Shown one piece after another: positions 9,129-17,774 of a DNA stretch of 32,000 nt (the stretch's first letter is position 1; the number at the start of each line of letters is the position of its first letter). A program made the translations under genes and the position numbers. The DNA is from Ignicoccus islandicus DSM 13165. GTDB lineage: Archaea > Thermoproteota > Thermoprotei_A > Sulfolobales > Ignicoccaceae. The stretch lies in the NCBI RefSeq assembly GCF_001481685.1, contig NZ_CP006867.1:990001-1022000 (forward strand), in the 5' to 3' direction. Below the pieces are notes generated by a model, which was not told the DNA's origin, ran no database searches, and saw only the letters and a program-made list of their open reading frames with translations.

Positions 9129-9428
9129 TTGTTCTGGGTAAAGCTTCACGAAATGGGAGTCTACAAAATGCTGACAGTGGTGGACGAAGAGTTAATGGGC
9201 GTTGAAGTGAGGGAGGGTGAGGCAGTTTTAAAAGTAGAGGAGAGCTTCTTCAAAGGCCACTTAACTGACGAGGAAGGCGTAGAGGGTCTCTTATGGAGGG
9301 CTTCAATCGTTTACTTCATTGGCGAAAGGGCAGTTGAGCTAGGCCTCAAGAACGGGTTAGTTCACCCTGAAGCGATAAAGAGAATAGGCTCCATACCTCA
9401 CGCCCAATCGTTCTCGTTAGAAATATGA
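9129..9428 (+). CDS. DUF424 family protein
   Basis: 99 aa; FWVKLHEMGVYKMLTVVDEELMGVEVREGEAVLKVEESFFKG...EEGVEGLLWRASIVYFIGERAVELGLKNGLVHPE. Confidence 0.75.
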   Translation: MFWVKLHEMGVYKMLTVVDEELMGVEVREGEAVLKVEESFFKGHLTDEEGVEGLLWRASIVYFIGERAVELGLKNGLVHPEAIKRIGSIPHAQSFSLEI

Positions 9429-9429
9429 G

Positions 9430-9755
9430 GTGCCGAAGGCCGCTATAGCCCACCTTCTGTACTTCGGCGGCATTTGGCTAAGCGGTCCCCGGGTCCCCCT
9501 TCCGCGGCGAGGCATCGGGGGACCCCCTTGCTCCCCGGAGGACGGCCGTTTCAGCCCCGCTAGGCCTTCATGGATCCGGATATCCTTCCCGTCGCCGGGA
9601 AGGAGTTCTCCATCCTCTCTCTGGCCCGGGGGTCTCGTTTCTGTGCCGGAGCCCGGGCTCTCAACCCGGTCCCTCGCGGGACTCCGGTGCCGCGGGGAGG
9701 GTGGAGCTTCCTCAGGGCCTTCGCGGCCCCGTGGCCGCCAGCGGCCTTCGGCCAG
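9430..9755 (-). ncRNA. rnpB: RNase P RNA, archaeal
   Basis: GC-rich, ~320 nt. Perfect 13-bp P1 helix between 9432-9444 and 9740-9752. On the minus strand: CR-I-like GAGGAAGCTCC (9703-9713), ACAGAAAC (9637-9644), and CR-V-like ACAGAAGGTGGGCTATAG (9443-9460). AT-rich TATA-like element at 9778-9787 upstream. Confidence 0.93.
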
Positions 9756-9811
9756 TAAACTTTAGGAACGTGAGGGAAATTAATTTGGAGGCTCGCTCAC
9801 GTTAGCACAAG

Positions 9812-10153
9812 TCATCCCTCTCGCGAGGTCTCTGACACACCGCCCCGCTCATTGCGCCTCTTCCATTCCTCTATCATCTCCTTCACTTCCTTTAAGGCGT
9901 CTTCGTATTCTAACTGAAACTCTTCCGCAGGCTTAGGGAGCTTGGCAGTAAGGGCTACGAATCCCAGAGCTAAACCAAAAGCTATCCAAGGCAACGATAT
10001 TAGCGTTACCAAAACCTTCAAGCCCGTTCCGAATAGTAAGTAAGATACTAACGAGCCTATGGCTAGCATTGAATACAATAAAGAGATTAGCCCTATTGCA
10101 ATTAACTTAGCCGATCTCCTGTAGGGCCTCTCTATCAAGTCTAGCTCCATCAA
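9812..10153 (-). CDS. Small membrane protein (unknown)
   Basis: 113 aa with two hydrophobic segments and a charged cytosolic tail. Confidence 0.65.
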   Translation of the reverse strand: MMELDLIERPYRRSAKLIAIGLISLLYSMLAIGSLVSYLLFGTGLKVLVTLISLPWIAFGLALGFVALTAKLPKPAEEFQLEYEDALKEVKEMIEEWKRRNERGGVSETSREG

Positions 10154-10209
10154 TACAACGGGCCCAACTTAATATTACCTTTAAGTCTACGAAGGCAGGC
10201 GAACGGATC

Positions 10210-10776
10210 TTGATGACCGTTGACGGGTACGTGAAGCTGAGGACTAACTCGAAGTTCAGGTTTAAGTGTACTAGGAAGGCGAACTGCTGTAGAGGCGGAC
10301 CCAACGTATCGCTAACGGTTTTCGACGTAATAAGGATAGCCAAGTACTTAGGCAAGCACTGGAGCGAAATAATACCGACATACGTGAAGGTGATAATAGC
10401 CGACGTCGTTCCCTTCTTAGCCTTAAGGGGAATAAGGAACGAGTGCGTATTCCTAAGGAAGGGGGAGAACGGTTACGAATGCGAAATATATCCCGTTAGA
10501 CCCATGAGGTGCAGGCTATACCCATTGATTCCCTCTGCCCCAGGTTCCGATGTGGTCTACTTAGATCCCAAGTGTCCGGGAGTGGGCAGCGGCCCGGAGA
10601 GGGAGGTCCCTAAGGAGACCTTAGAAAAGTACTACGAGGAGGTGAGGATACATTATAAACTAATAATGGAAAAAATCTTGGAGAAAGGGTTGGAACCAAG
10701 GGAGGCGTTAGAAGAGGTATTGGACGAGCTCTGGGAAGAAGTGAAGGTAGAAGCTCCAGAGGGATTGCCTCCCTAG
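10210..10776 (+). CDS. YkgJ family cysteine-cluster protein
   Basis: 188 aa; CTRKANCCRGG...CVFLRKGENGYECEIYPVRPMRCRLYPLIP. Confidence 0.88.
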   Translation: MMTVDGYVKLRTNSKFRFKCTRKANCCRGGPNVSLTVFDVIRIAKYLGKHWSEIIPTYVKVIIADVVPFLALRGIRNECVFLRKGENGYECEIYPVRPMRCRLYPLIPSAPGSDVVYLDPKCPGVGSGPEREVPKETLEKYYEEVRIHYKLIMEKILEKGLEPREALEEVLDELWEEVKVEAPEGLPP

Positions 10777-11351
10777 ATCCCTAAAGCGTTCTTAAAGATA
10801 ATTCTAAGCTTCTCCCCATCTATTATTGCGTACCAGCCTTCCTCTAGGCTACCCGAATTAATTACGATCGTTCTCCCCAATTTGTCCCATCCCCTAGCTT
10901 CGTGTACGTGACCGCAGTGAACGACCAGAGGTTCCTTCTCCTCTACGAGTTTCCTAACGCTATTTGACCCGATGTGGTTACCGGTCCAAGCCAGATCTAC
11001 TACGCCCTTGGGCGGGTAATGCGTTAGGAGCACATCGAACTCCTCTCCAATTAGCTTCTTCAGTGAAGTTCTAGGGTCTTGACCTGAGACGCCAGCGAAC
11101 TTAAGTCCTCTGAACGTTACTACCTTGTTCTCAACGCTCATGCCAGTGTCTTCCAAGTAATCAGCTATCTGGGGATCGTCCGAGTTGCCGGTTACTGCCA
11201 ATACCTTAGCCTTAGCCTTGCTCAATTTCTCAGCTGTACTTAAGCATTCGAAGTCTCCGGTTGCTACTACTAAATCGTACTCTTCATCCTCCAGTACTTT
11301 CTCTAAGAGTTCATCGTAACAGTGCACGTCGCTTACGTGTAATACCTTCAA
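10773..11351 (-). CDS. Calcineurin-like metallophosphoesterase (YfcE/MJ0936-like)
   Basis: 192 aa; HVSDVHCY, ATGDFEC, VTGNSDD, LLTHYPP, VHCGHVHEARG. Confidence 0.93.
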   Translation of the reverse strand: MKVLHVSDVHCYDELLEKVLEDEEYDLVVATGDFECLSTAEKLSKAKAKVLAVTGNSDDPQIADYLEDTGMSVENKVVTFRGLKFAGVSGQDPRTSLKKLIGEEFDVLLTHYPPKGVVDLAWTGNHIGSNSVRKLVEEKEPLVVHCGHVHEARGWDKLGRTIVINSGSLEEGWYAIIDGEKLRIIFKNALGI

Positions 11352-11400
11352 GAGTCACCTCCCATGTTGCCCTGCTATCGAAGTAAAAGTTTCTTAGGTA

Positions 11401-12621
11401 ATGCGTGACGGTTCTCTAAGGTGCTGTACCTTAAGAGGCGGTTGGGACTTCAATCAAAAGCCCCTCCTAGTTTTCTGGGAGACAACTAAGGCTTGCAAGC
11501 TAGTTTGCAAGCACTGTAGGGCTGAGGCAATAGAGAAACCTTTGCCGGACGAGCTAACCACCGAGGAAGGCAAGAGGTTCATAGATCAAATAACTGAGTT
11601 CGGTAGCCCATACCCGCACTTGATAATGACTGGCGGAGACGTCCTCATGAGGAAGGATTTCTGGGAGCTAGCTCAATACAGTATATCCAAGGGAATTAGA
11701 ACTCTAGTTGCGCCTAGCGTAACGCCGTTATTGACAGAAGAGAAAATCAAGAGGATGAAGGAAATTGGAATAATTGGTATGAGTTTGAGCTTGGATGGAG
11801 CTAGACCGGAAGTTCACGACGAAATTAGGGGAATACCGGGAATATTCAATAGAACCGTTGAGGTAATGAAGTTCGTTAAGAGTATTGGTATGTTCTTGCA
11901 AATAAATACTGTTGTTATGAAGCCTACCATCAACGACTTGCCCGACGTTTTCAAGCTAATATACGACGTCGGAGTGGACGCTTGGGAAGTGTTCTTCCTA
12001 ATACCGACCGGAAGGGCCGGAGAGGAATTAGATTTAACGCCGGAAGAGTATTGGGACGTAGTTAACTTCCTTTACGACGCATCAAAGTACGGAAAGGTAA
12101 CTATAAGGACGACTGAAGCGCCGTTCTACAGAGTGGTCTACCGTCTCAGGGTGGTAATGGACGAAATGGGGAAAGACGTGAGCGAAATCGGGGTTGGCGA
12201 GTTGTACTATAAATTGAGAAGCAGGTTAGAAGAGGTCATGGGTCCGATCCCCAAGGAGCCTCCTAAGCAAAAGAGGGCGCCTTCCGCATACACTAGGGAC
12301 GGCTACGGAATAATTTTCGTTGCTTACAACGGCGACGTCTATCCTTCCGGGTTCCTACCCTACAAGGTGGGCAACGTTAGGGAAAGGAGCTTGAAAGACA
12401 TATACCTCAATAGTGACGCACTGAAGAGAATAAGGGATTGGAGGAACTTCAAGTCTCCTTGCGGAACTTGCGAGTTCGGTTTCATGTGCGGTGGAAGTAG
12501 GGCTAGAGCCTACGCGTACCAGAAGGATCCATTCGGTAGCGATCCGGCGTGTCTATACCCGAAAATAAGGGAGAAGTTGAACTCAATCATAGAAACGGCG
12601 TTGCAATTCAGCTCCAAATGA
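11401..12621 (+). CDS. Radical SAM/SPASM domain protein (TIGR04053 / heme-biosynthesis-related AhbD/NirJ-like group)
   Basis: 406 aa; radical SAM CKLVCKHC; C-terminal SPASM-like cysteines CGTCEFGFMCGGSRARAYAYQKDPFGSDPAC. Confidence 0.88.
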   Translation: MRDGSLRCCTLRGGWDFNQKPLLVFWETTKACKLVCKHCRAEAIEKPLPDELTTEEGKRFIDQITEFGSPYPHLIMTGGDVLMRKDFWELAQYSISKGIRTLVAPSVTPLLTEEKIKRMKEIGIIGMSLSLDGARPEVHDEIRGIPGIFNRTVEVMKFVKSIGMFLQINTVVMKPTINDLPDVFKLIYDVGVDAWEVFFLIPTGRAGEELDLTPEEYWDVVNFLYDASKYGKVTIRTTEAPFYRVVYRLRVVMDEMGKDVSEIGVGELYYKLRSRLEEVMGPIPKEPPKQKRAPSAYTRDGYGIIFVAYNGDVYPSGFLPYKVGNVRERSLKDIYLNSDALKRIRDWRNFKSPCGTCEFGFMCGGSRARAYAYQKDPFGSDPACLYPKIREKLNSIIETALQFSSK

Positions 12622-13879
12622 GATAGTAAATTAAGACCGCTGGCCCGAGGGCGAAGATCGTATAGAACAAGCCTAACTTCACGAACCTTCTAAATGGAAC
12701 TCTGTACCCAGCTTCCGCCAGTAATTGAACTGCCGCTACGTTAGTAGACGTGCCAAAGTAGGTCACGTTTCCTCCAAGGGTCGCTCCTAAGAGGAGCGCA
12801 AGTAATAGCTTGAACCAGTATATGTGACAGTGATCGCTCAAGCTCTCGATTACCGGGAACATTGCTAATAGGTAAGGAACGTTATCCATCACGCTCGAAA
12901 TTATTACCGATACGATTATTATGGATGAGGTTATAACGAAGTAATCGCAACCCAAGCACTCCTTAAGGACGTTTGCGACTACCTTCATCACTCCGCTGTC
13001 TTCGAGCGCGCCCACTAGAACGAACAGGCCAGCTAAGAACAAGAGGAGCTTCCACTCAACGCTTTGCAACGAGAACTTGAGATCCTCTAGGCTCCTCCTA
13101 TAAAGCAGTATTATCGCTACCGCTACCAGAGCCGCTGGCGCTAGTCCTATCCCCAACACTTTCCTTATTGATAGCAAGAATATTTTCACGCCTAGCGCTG
13201 TGAGGGATACCTTCGCCAAATCGCTATCCGTTACACCCTTGAGCTTCCTTAACGCGCTTTCGAAGTCCACCGTATCTTTCAAGAAGGCGTAAGAGAACGA
13301 TAACGTCGAGACAATTAGGCCTACTAAAACCATCCAGAATATAGAAGGCTTCCCGTCCTTTACTATGAAGTCTATGAAGTCTAAATTGAAGTAGCTCGCA
13401 GCTAGAGCGCTTTGGGGATCCCCTACTAGCAAAGCAGCACCGCCCAAGTTGGAAGCGAAGGCCACTACTAGCAGTAGAGGAACGGCGTCTATTTCGGAAT
13501 ACCTGGCGATCGAGAAGACTACTGGAGCCAACATTATGAGGGTGGTAACGTTTTCTATAAAAAGCGATATCACTCCAGAGGTTAGGCCTAAGAGGGCGCC
13601 CAGCTTCCTTAAATCGCCCTTACTAACCTCTAGGGCTCTCTTGGCAACCTCTTCAGTAATTCCGGACTTACTTAAGTAAGCCGAAACTACGCACGCTCCC
13701 CCAATGAGTCCCAGTACGTCCAGATTGAGGTAGTCGATGACGCTGTTCAAGTTAACTAAGCCTAACGCTATTGCAATGGCGGCTGATGCCAGGGAAACCA
13801 AGTACCTCTTCTCTTCTCTCGTAAGAACGAGTATTGCTATTGTAGTTACGAACAAGGCCGAGGCGATTACTTCCCTCAA
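12608..13879 (-). CDS. ArsB/NhaD (SLC13-like) ion transporter
   Basis: 423 aa multi-pass protein; FIENVTTLIMLAPVVF, SNLGGAALLVGDPQS, DNVPYLLAMFP, GGNVTYFGTSTNVAAV. Confidence 0.88.
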   Translation of the reverse strand: MREVIASALFVTTIAILVLTREEKRYLVSLASAAIAIALGLVNLNSVIDYLNLDVLGLIGGACVVSAYLSKSGITEEVAKRALEVSKGDLRKLGALLGLTSGVISLFIENVTTLIMLAPVVFSIARYSEIDAVPLLLVVAFASNLGGAALLVGDPQSALAASYFNLDFIDFIVKDGKPSIFWMVLVGLIVSTLSFSYAFLKDTVDFESALRKLKGVTDSDLAKVSLTALGVKIFLLSIRKVLGIGLAPAALVAVAIILLYRRSLEDLKFSLQSVEWKLLLFLAGLFVLVGALEDSGVMKVVANVLKECLGCDYFVITSSIIIVSVIISSVMDNVPYLLAMFPVIESLSDHCHIYWFKLLLALLLGATLGGNVTYFGTSTNVAAVQLLAEAGYRVPFRRFVKLGLFYTIFALGPAVLIYYLIWS

Positions 13880-14033
13880 TACAACCTTCCCGTCCTCTCT
13901 CGCTGAAAGGACTTAATCAGTGAAGTTTCGTCGCGTTTGCACTTCTAATTAACTTAATGCATTGGACTCGCGTTCTCCATTTATTACCTATTTTTAAGTA
14001 AGTTTTAATCTACGTATCAACGGAAGATGAAGT

Positions 14034-14339
14034 ATGGGGAAATGCCCTTATGCGAAGCCTTCGTTCTTGGGCGTTAGGTGCGAAGTGATAAGCAATGTGG
14101 TGAACCCAGCGAAACATAACTGCCTAAACGATAAGTACGTTGAGTGCGAGATATTCAAGAAAAGGGACGAGTTCTTGGGGGAGCGACAAGGAAAGGGGAC
14201 TCGAGGAGGCAAGCCGGATTGCAGGAGATGCTTGTTCTATTCCGAGCTCACTGGTAGGTGCGTGAAGTTGGGCGTGAAGGTTGAGGACCCAACCAAACCA
14301 CCTTGTAAGGGGAAGGAGTTCAAGGAAGCGACTCAATGA
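14034..14339 (+). CDS. Small cysteine-rich protein (unknown)
   Basis: 101 aa with eight cysteines, including CRRCLFYSELTGRC; ORF continues to a 20-bp tail overlap with aroC. Confidence 0.75.
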   Translation: MGKCPYAKPSFLGVRCEVISNVVNPAKHNCLNDKYVECEIFKKRDEFLGERQGKGTRGGKPDCRRCLFYSELTGRCVKLGVKVEDPTKPPCKGKEFKEATQ

Positions 14340-15495
14340 ATTCCTTCGCGTCTCTAGGTAAGTAGTCTGAGTATAGCTCCCAAGTCCTCTGGCAGTTGTA
14401 GTTCCATTCTATTCTATTGGGATGTATGTACCCGGCCCTTATTGCGTGATCAACCAAAGTTACAGCGACCATCGCCTCTGTGACGGCAACTGCCCTTAGC
14501 ACTATAGCTGGGTCGTGTCTTCCGGGAACCTTCAGTTCCTCTTCCTCCAACGTATTTACGTTAACAGTCTTTACGGGAATCATTATAGACGAGGTGGGCT
14601 TGAAGGCAACTTTAACCCTAACGTCTCCACCGACGCTTATTCCGCCTAACACCCCACCGGACCTTTGGCCTTCAGTAACTATATCGCCTTCAGAGGTAAC
14701 GAACGGGTCCCTTGCCTCGCTTCCCCTCAGCTTCGCTAACTGAAAACCTTCGCCTAGTTCGAATCCTACTGCGGCCGGTATGGAAAGCAAAGCCTTAGCT
14801 AGATCCGCCTTCAGCTTATCGAACACGGGTTCGCCCAAGCCCGGAGGTACCCTCCAAGCGACTACCTCGACCACTCCTCCAACGGAGTCCCTTTCCTCCA
14901 ATGCCTTCCTAATTACTTCTTCGGCCTTATCGTCGCCTTCAATTACCCTAAACGGGGATAACCTGGCTCTAAGCCCCTCTTCTACGTCCCTAGCCCTCGG
15001 GAATTCCCTTCCACCTAGCTCTATCACGTTCCCCGTAACGACTACCCCCAAGCAAGAGAGGAGTTTCTTCGCTATTGCTCCGCCTATCACTCTACCAAGG
15101 GTTTCCCTTCCGGAGGCCCTTCCCCCTCCTCTGTAATCCCAGTTCTCGTAACCGTATTTCTTGATGTAGGTTAAATCGGCGTGCCCAGGCCTAGGGGTTT
15201 CCTTAATGGTCTCGTAGTAGTCAGATACGACGTCCTTGTTGAAAACTACGACTGAAATAGGGGTACCGGTGGTCCTTCCATTGAAGACCCCGCTCAAGAT
15301 CTGGGGGAGGTCCGGTTCCCTTCTAGGCGTAGTATACTTCCTTCCGGGTCTCCTTAGAACCATTTCTACTAATAGATCCTTCTCATTAAGGGGTAGGCCA
15401 GCTGGGCACCCATCTATAACGGCGCCTAGCGCTTTCCCGTGGCTCTCTCCCCACGTGGTTAAAACGAATGCCTTACCGAACGAATTACCGGCCAC
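14320..15495 (-). CDS. aroC: Chorismate synthase
   Basis: 391 aa; TWGESHGKALGAVIDGCPAGLPL, GRKYTTPRREPD, YRGGGRASGRETLGRVIGGAIAKK, RHDPAIVLRAVAVTEAM. Confidence 0.97.
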   Translation of the reverse strand: MAGNSFGKAFVLTTWGESHGKALGAVIDGCPAGLPLNEKDLLVEMVLRRPGRKYTTPRREPDLPQILSGVFNGRTTGTPISVVVFNKDVVSDYYETIKETPRPGHADLTYIKKYGYENWDYRGGGRASGRETLGRVIGGAIAKKLLSCLGVVVTGNVIELGGREFPRARDVEEGLRARLSPFRVIEGDDKAEEVIRKALEERDSVGGVVEVVAWRVPPGLGEPVFDKLKADLAKALLSIPAAVGFELGEGFQLAKLRGSEARDPFVTSEGDIVTEGQRSGGVLGGISVGGDVRVKVAFKPTSSIMIPVKTVNVNTLEEEELKVPGRHDPAIVLRAVAVTEAMVAVTLVDHAIRAGYIHPNRIEWNYNCQRTWELYSDYLPRDAKEFIESLP

Positions 15496-15783
15496 TTCGC
15501 TTGTCCTTAACTCCGTTATCGAAAATGGATTAAAAATTACCTTCCACTGAGTATGGCCTCAGTTAAGTAGAAGTCCATTTCCTCCATCTCGTTTTCCTTA
15601 AGGAACTCCTCATACTTCTGTACAGATACAGCTATCACTTCTTACACCCAATATAATTAGGGCCTAGGGGTTAAAGGGTGTGTGTCTGAAACACCTTTGT
15701 ACTATAGTCGAAATGTATCATTCGAGAATCCGCTCTTCCACTAAATTACCCTTTATCTGTCCGAAATCTTAGAGTGAAGTGAA

Positions 15784-17124
15784 ATGTTGGGAAGCCTTCC
15801 GGCCCTAGAGGCCTCTAGAAGCAAGGAGTTCATTAGCCAATGGATTCTCCTAAACCAAGTTCCAATAAGAAACATACCCCTAATAGTCCACTCTAGGCCA
15901 GGGTTCTCAATGAACAAGTTAATAGAATGGGCTTTCCACGAGACCATTGAAGGAGTTAAGAAGTGGTACGAAGCCGGAGGAGGCATTGCCACTTCCTACG
16001 ACAAGTTGCTGAATCACTTGGAAACAGTCGAAGGTCGGAGCTTACATAAATTGGTGAAATACGATAAGGTCACCAAGCTTACTAACGAACTACGTCGGGT
16101 TGACGAGCCCTTATTACTAACCGTAACTCCCAGTTTCCTAGCTAAGGAGGACCTCTGGAAAATAGTAGAAACAATGGAGGAATCCGTCTTCCCATTGCTA
16201 CACGTATACAACTTCCTAGACCTCAGCGATCCGAGGCTGATCGAACTCTATGAGTTAATATTGCAAGGAGACGTTAGCGTCAACGTACCAGTAATTTTCT
16301 CGCAGCAACTGGTCCCCGGCATAAGTAAGAGGTTCATGACCTTAGGGATGATTGGAGGAGCCGTAATCCAGTCCTTGTTACCTAAAGTGAACGAGTGGGA
16401 AGAATACTTGAAATTCAAGTATGAAGGAAAGTACGACAAGTCTACCGTAGAGTTCTTGAAGCTGTTCTCGCCAAGCTACAACATTGGTGAACCTTTCAAA
16501 TACGTACTTGTCAACTTAAACAAAGAGAACTTCGGTATAGAGGACCCGTTCATTGCAGAGGAGCTTCAAGTTCACGAAAGAGAGGGTAAGTTAATAGAAG
16601 CGGCGCCTTCCCTAGGTTTCGGTAACGAAGTAATTCCCCTACCGGACGTTTGGGAGAGGGTCGTAACGCTACCTTGGCAGTTGAGCGGTTTAGCGGAAGA
16701 GGTGGCCCTACATCTGCTAGGCTCCTATCCGCTAGTTAGAACGCTTGCTAGAACCAGGAAGAGGGCTGCCTATATATCTTCGATACTCAAGGGCTTATAC
16801 GAGAGGAGCTTCAACGCTCAACTCCAAACTATAAGGGGCATGATATCATTTATAAAAAGAGATTTGCTCAATGCCATTGAAGATACGGTAATAGCCTCAG
16901 CCCTCATAATAAGGGCTATGGACGTACTCTACGACTACGCTGAGAAATATGAGGGCATAGAGAATTGCGGTGAGCCTTGCGAAGCTATAAAGGCGTATTG
17001 CGAGTTGTACGAACAGTTCAGAGACGCGGAAGGGTTAGAGCCCGTAATAGAAGAGCTTGAAGAGGTGATAGTGGAGCTTACCGGAATGGGAGTAGAGAAG
17101 GCATGCGAAAGGAAAGCTTTATGA
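15784..17124 (+). CDS. Unknown 446-aa protein, first gene of a coupled pair
   Basis: Long ORF; no recognised family. Stop overlaps the start of the next gene by 4 nt (ATGA at 17121-17124). Confidence 0.85.
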   Translation: MLGSLPALEASRSKEFISQWILLNQVPIRNIPLIVHSRPGFSMNKLIEWAFHETIEGVKKWYEAGGGIATSYDKLLNHLETVEGRSLHKLVKYDKVTKLTNELRRVDEPLLLTVTPSFLAKEDLWKIVETMEESVFPLLHVYNFLDLSDPRLIELYELILQGDVSVNVPVIFSQQLVPGISKRFMTLGMIGGAVIQSLLPKVNEWEEYLKFKYEGKYDKSTVEFLKLFSPSYNIGEPFKYVLVNLNKENFGIEDPFIAEELQVHEREGKLIEAAPSLGFGNEVIPLPDVWERVVTLPWQLSGLAEEVALHLLGSYPLVRTLARTRKRAAYISSILKGLYERSFNAQLQTIRGMISFIKRDLLNAIEDTVIASALIIRAMDVLYDYAEKYEGIENCGEPCEAIKAYCELYEQFRDAEGLEPVIEELEEVIVELTGMGVEKACERKAL

Positions 17125-17711
17125 AAAGGAAACGTGCCCAGAGCTTAATGCAATTAATGGACATTGGTCTGAATACACCAATTTTCGTTGTTGTTACTCA
17201 GTCGAACTTAAGGGGACTGGAGCACTTCAAGAAGCAATGCGCAATACGGTTCGACGAACTAGCTTGCGAGCTACCCGAAGTAGACGCTTTAGTGGTACCG
17301 GGACCGCCCCCGCTCATAGCTCACTCTTCGCCATGCATTGCCAAGGAACTTCTCAGAGAGTTGGCTGAAAGGGGTTGCCCCTTCGAGGCCCAAGTTACGG
17401 ACGTCACGATAAAGGATAGCGTTGGAGCGGGCGCTTCCATAAAGTTCGACGGAAAGGTAATGGCTGAAGTAGCTATTGGCGGGAGCGTTAGGGACGTAAC
17501 TAGGAGGGGCAAGATAGACGCGAGGGCCTACTTAGAAGGTAATGCCATGAAGGTAATTGGCTCCTTGGGAGGCTTACTCGCCTATTGCACGTTCGAGAGC
17601 TTACTCGCACTAAGGAGAATGCCGGATGGAGTGCTGGAATGGAGCTGCCACGAAGGTAAATACGGCGTGAGGGGCGATCACGTGATCTTCTGGGAGTACC
17701 ATCCCTTGTGA
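17121..17711 (+). CDS. Unknown 196-aa protein, second gene of a coupled pair
   Basis: ORF could open at 17103, but ATG 17121 gives the classic ATGA overlap. No recognised family. Confidence 0.8.
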   Translation: MKRKRAQSLMQLMDIGLNTPIFVVVTQSNLRGLEHFKKQCAIRFDELACELPEVDALVVPGPPPLIAHSSPCIAKELLRELAERGCPFEAQVTDVTIKDSVGAGASIKFDGKVMAEVAIGGSVRDVTRRGKIDARAYLEGNAMKVIGSLGGLLAYCTFESLLALRRMPDGVLEWSCHEGKYGVRGDHVIFWEYHPL

Positions 17712-17713
17712 GC

Positions 17714-17774
17714 CCTCGGCCTGGCCGATACGATCCTCATTGAGCGCCTCAGCCCCCGAGGTCGTCTTCACCGG
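17714..17774 (-). ncRNA. Candidate C/D-box sRNA overlapping the NMD3-like gene 3' end (speculative)
   Basis: Minus strand: C-like GTGAAGA (17765-17771), D' CTGA (17749-17752), C'-like ATGAGGA (17734-17740), D-like CCGA (17716-17719). Spacings 12, 8 and 14 nt. Confidence 0.25.

Noticed and set aside
9430-9765. 111-aa minus-strand ORF and nested 62-aa plus-strand ORF (9570-9758) rich in Arg/Pro/Gly
   Set aside because: They lie entirely over the RNase P RNA and are compositional artefacts of a GC-rich structured RNA.
14780-15136. 118-aa plus-strand ORF and neighbours (14480-14743, 15236-15550) over aroC
   Set aside because: Ser/Thr/Pro-rich shadow ORFs opposite chorismate synthase.
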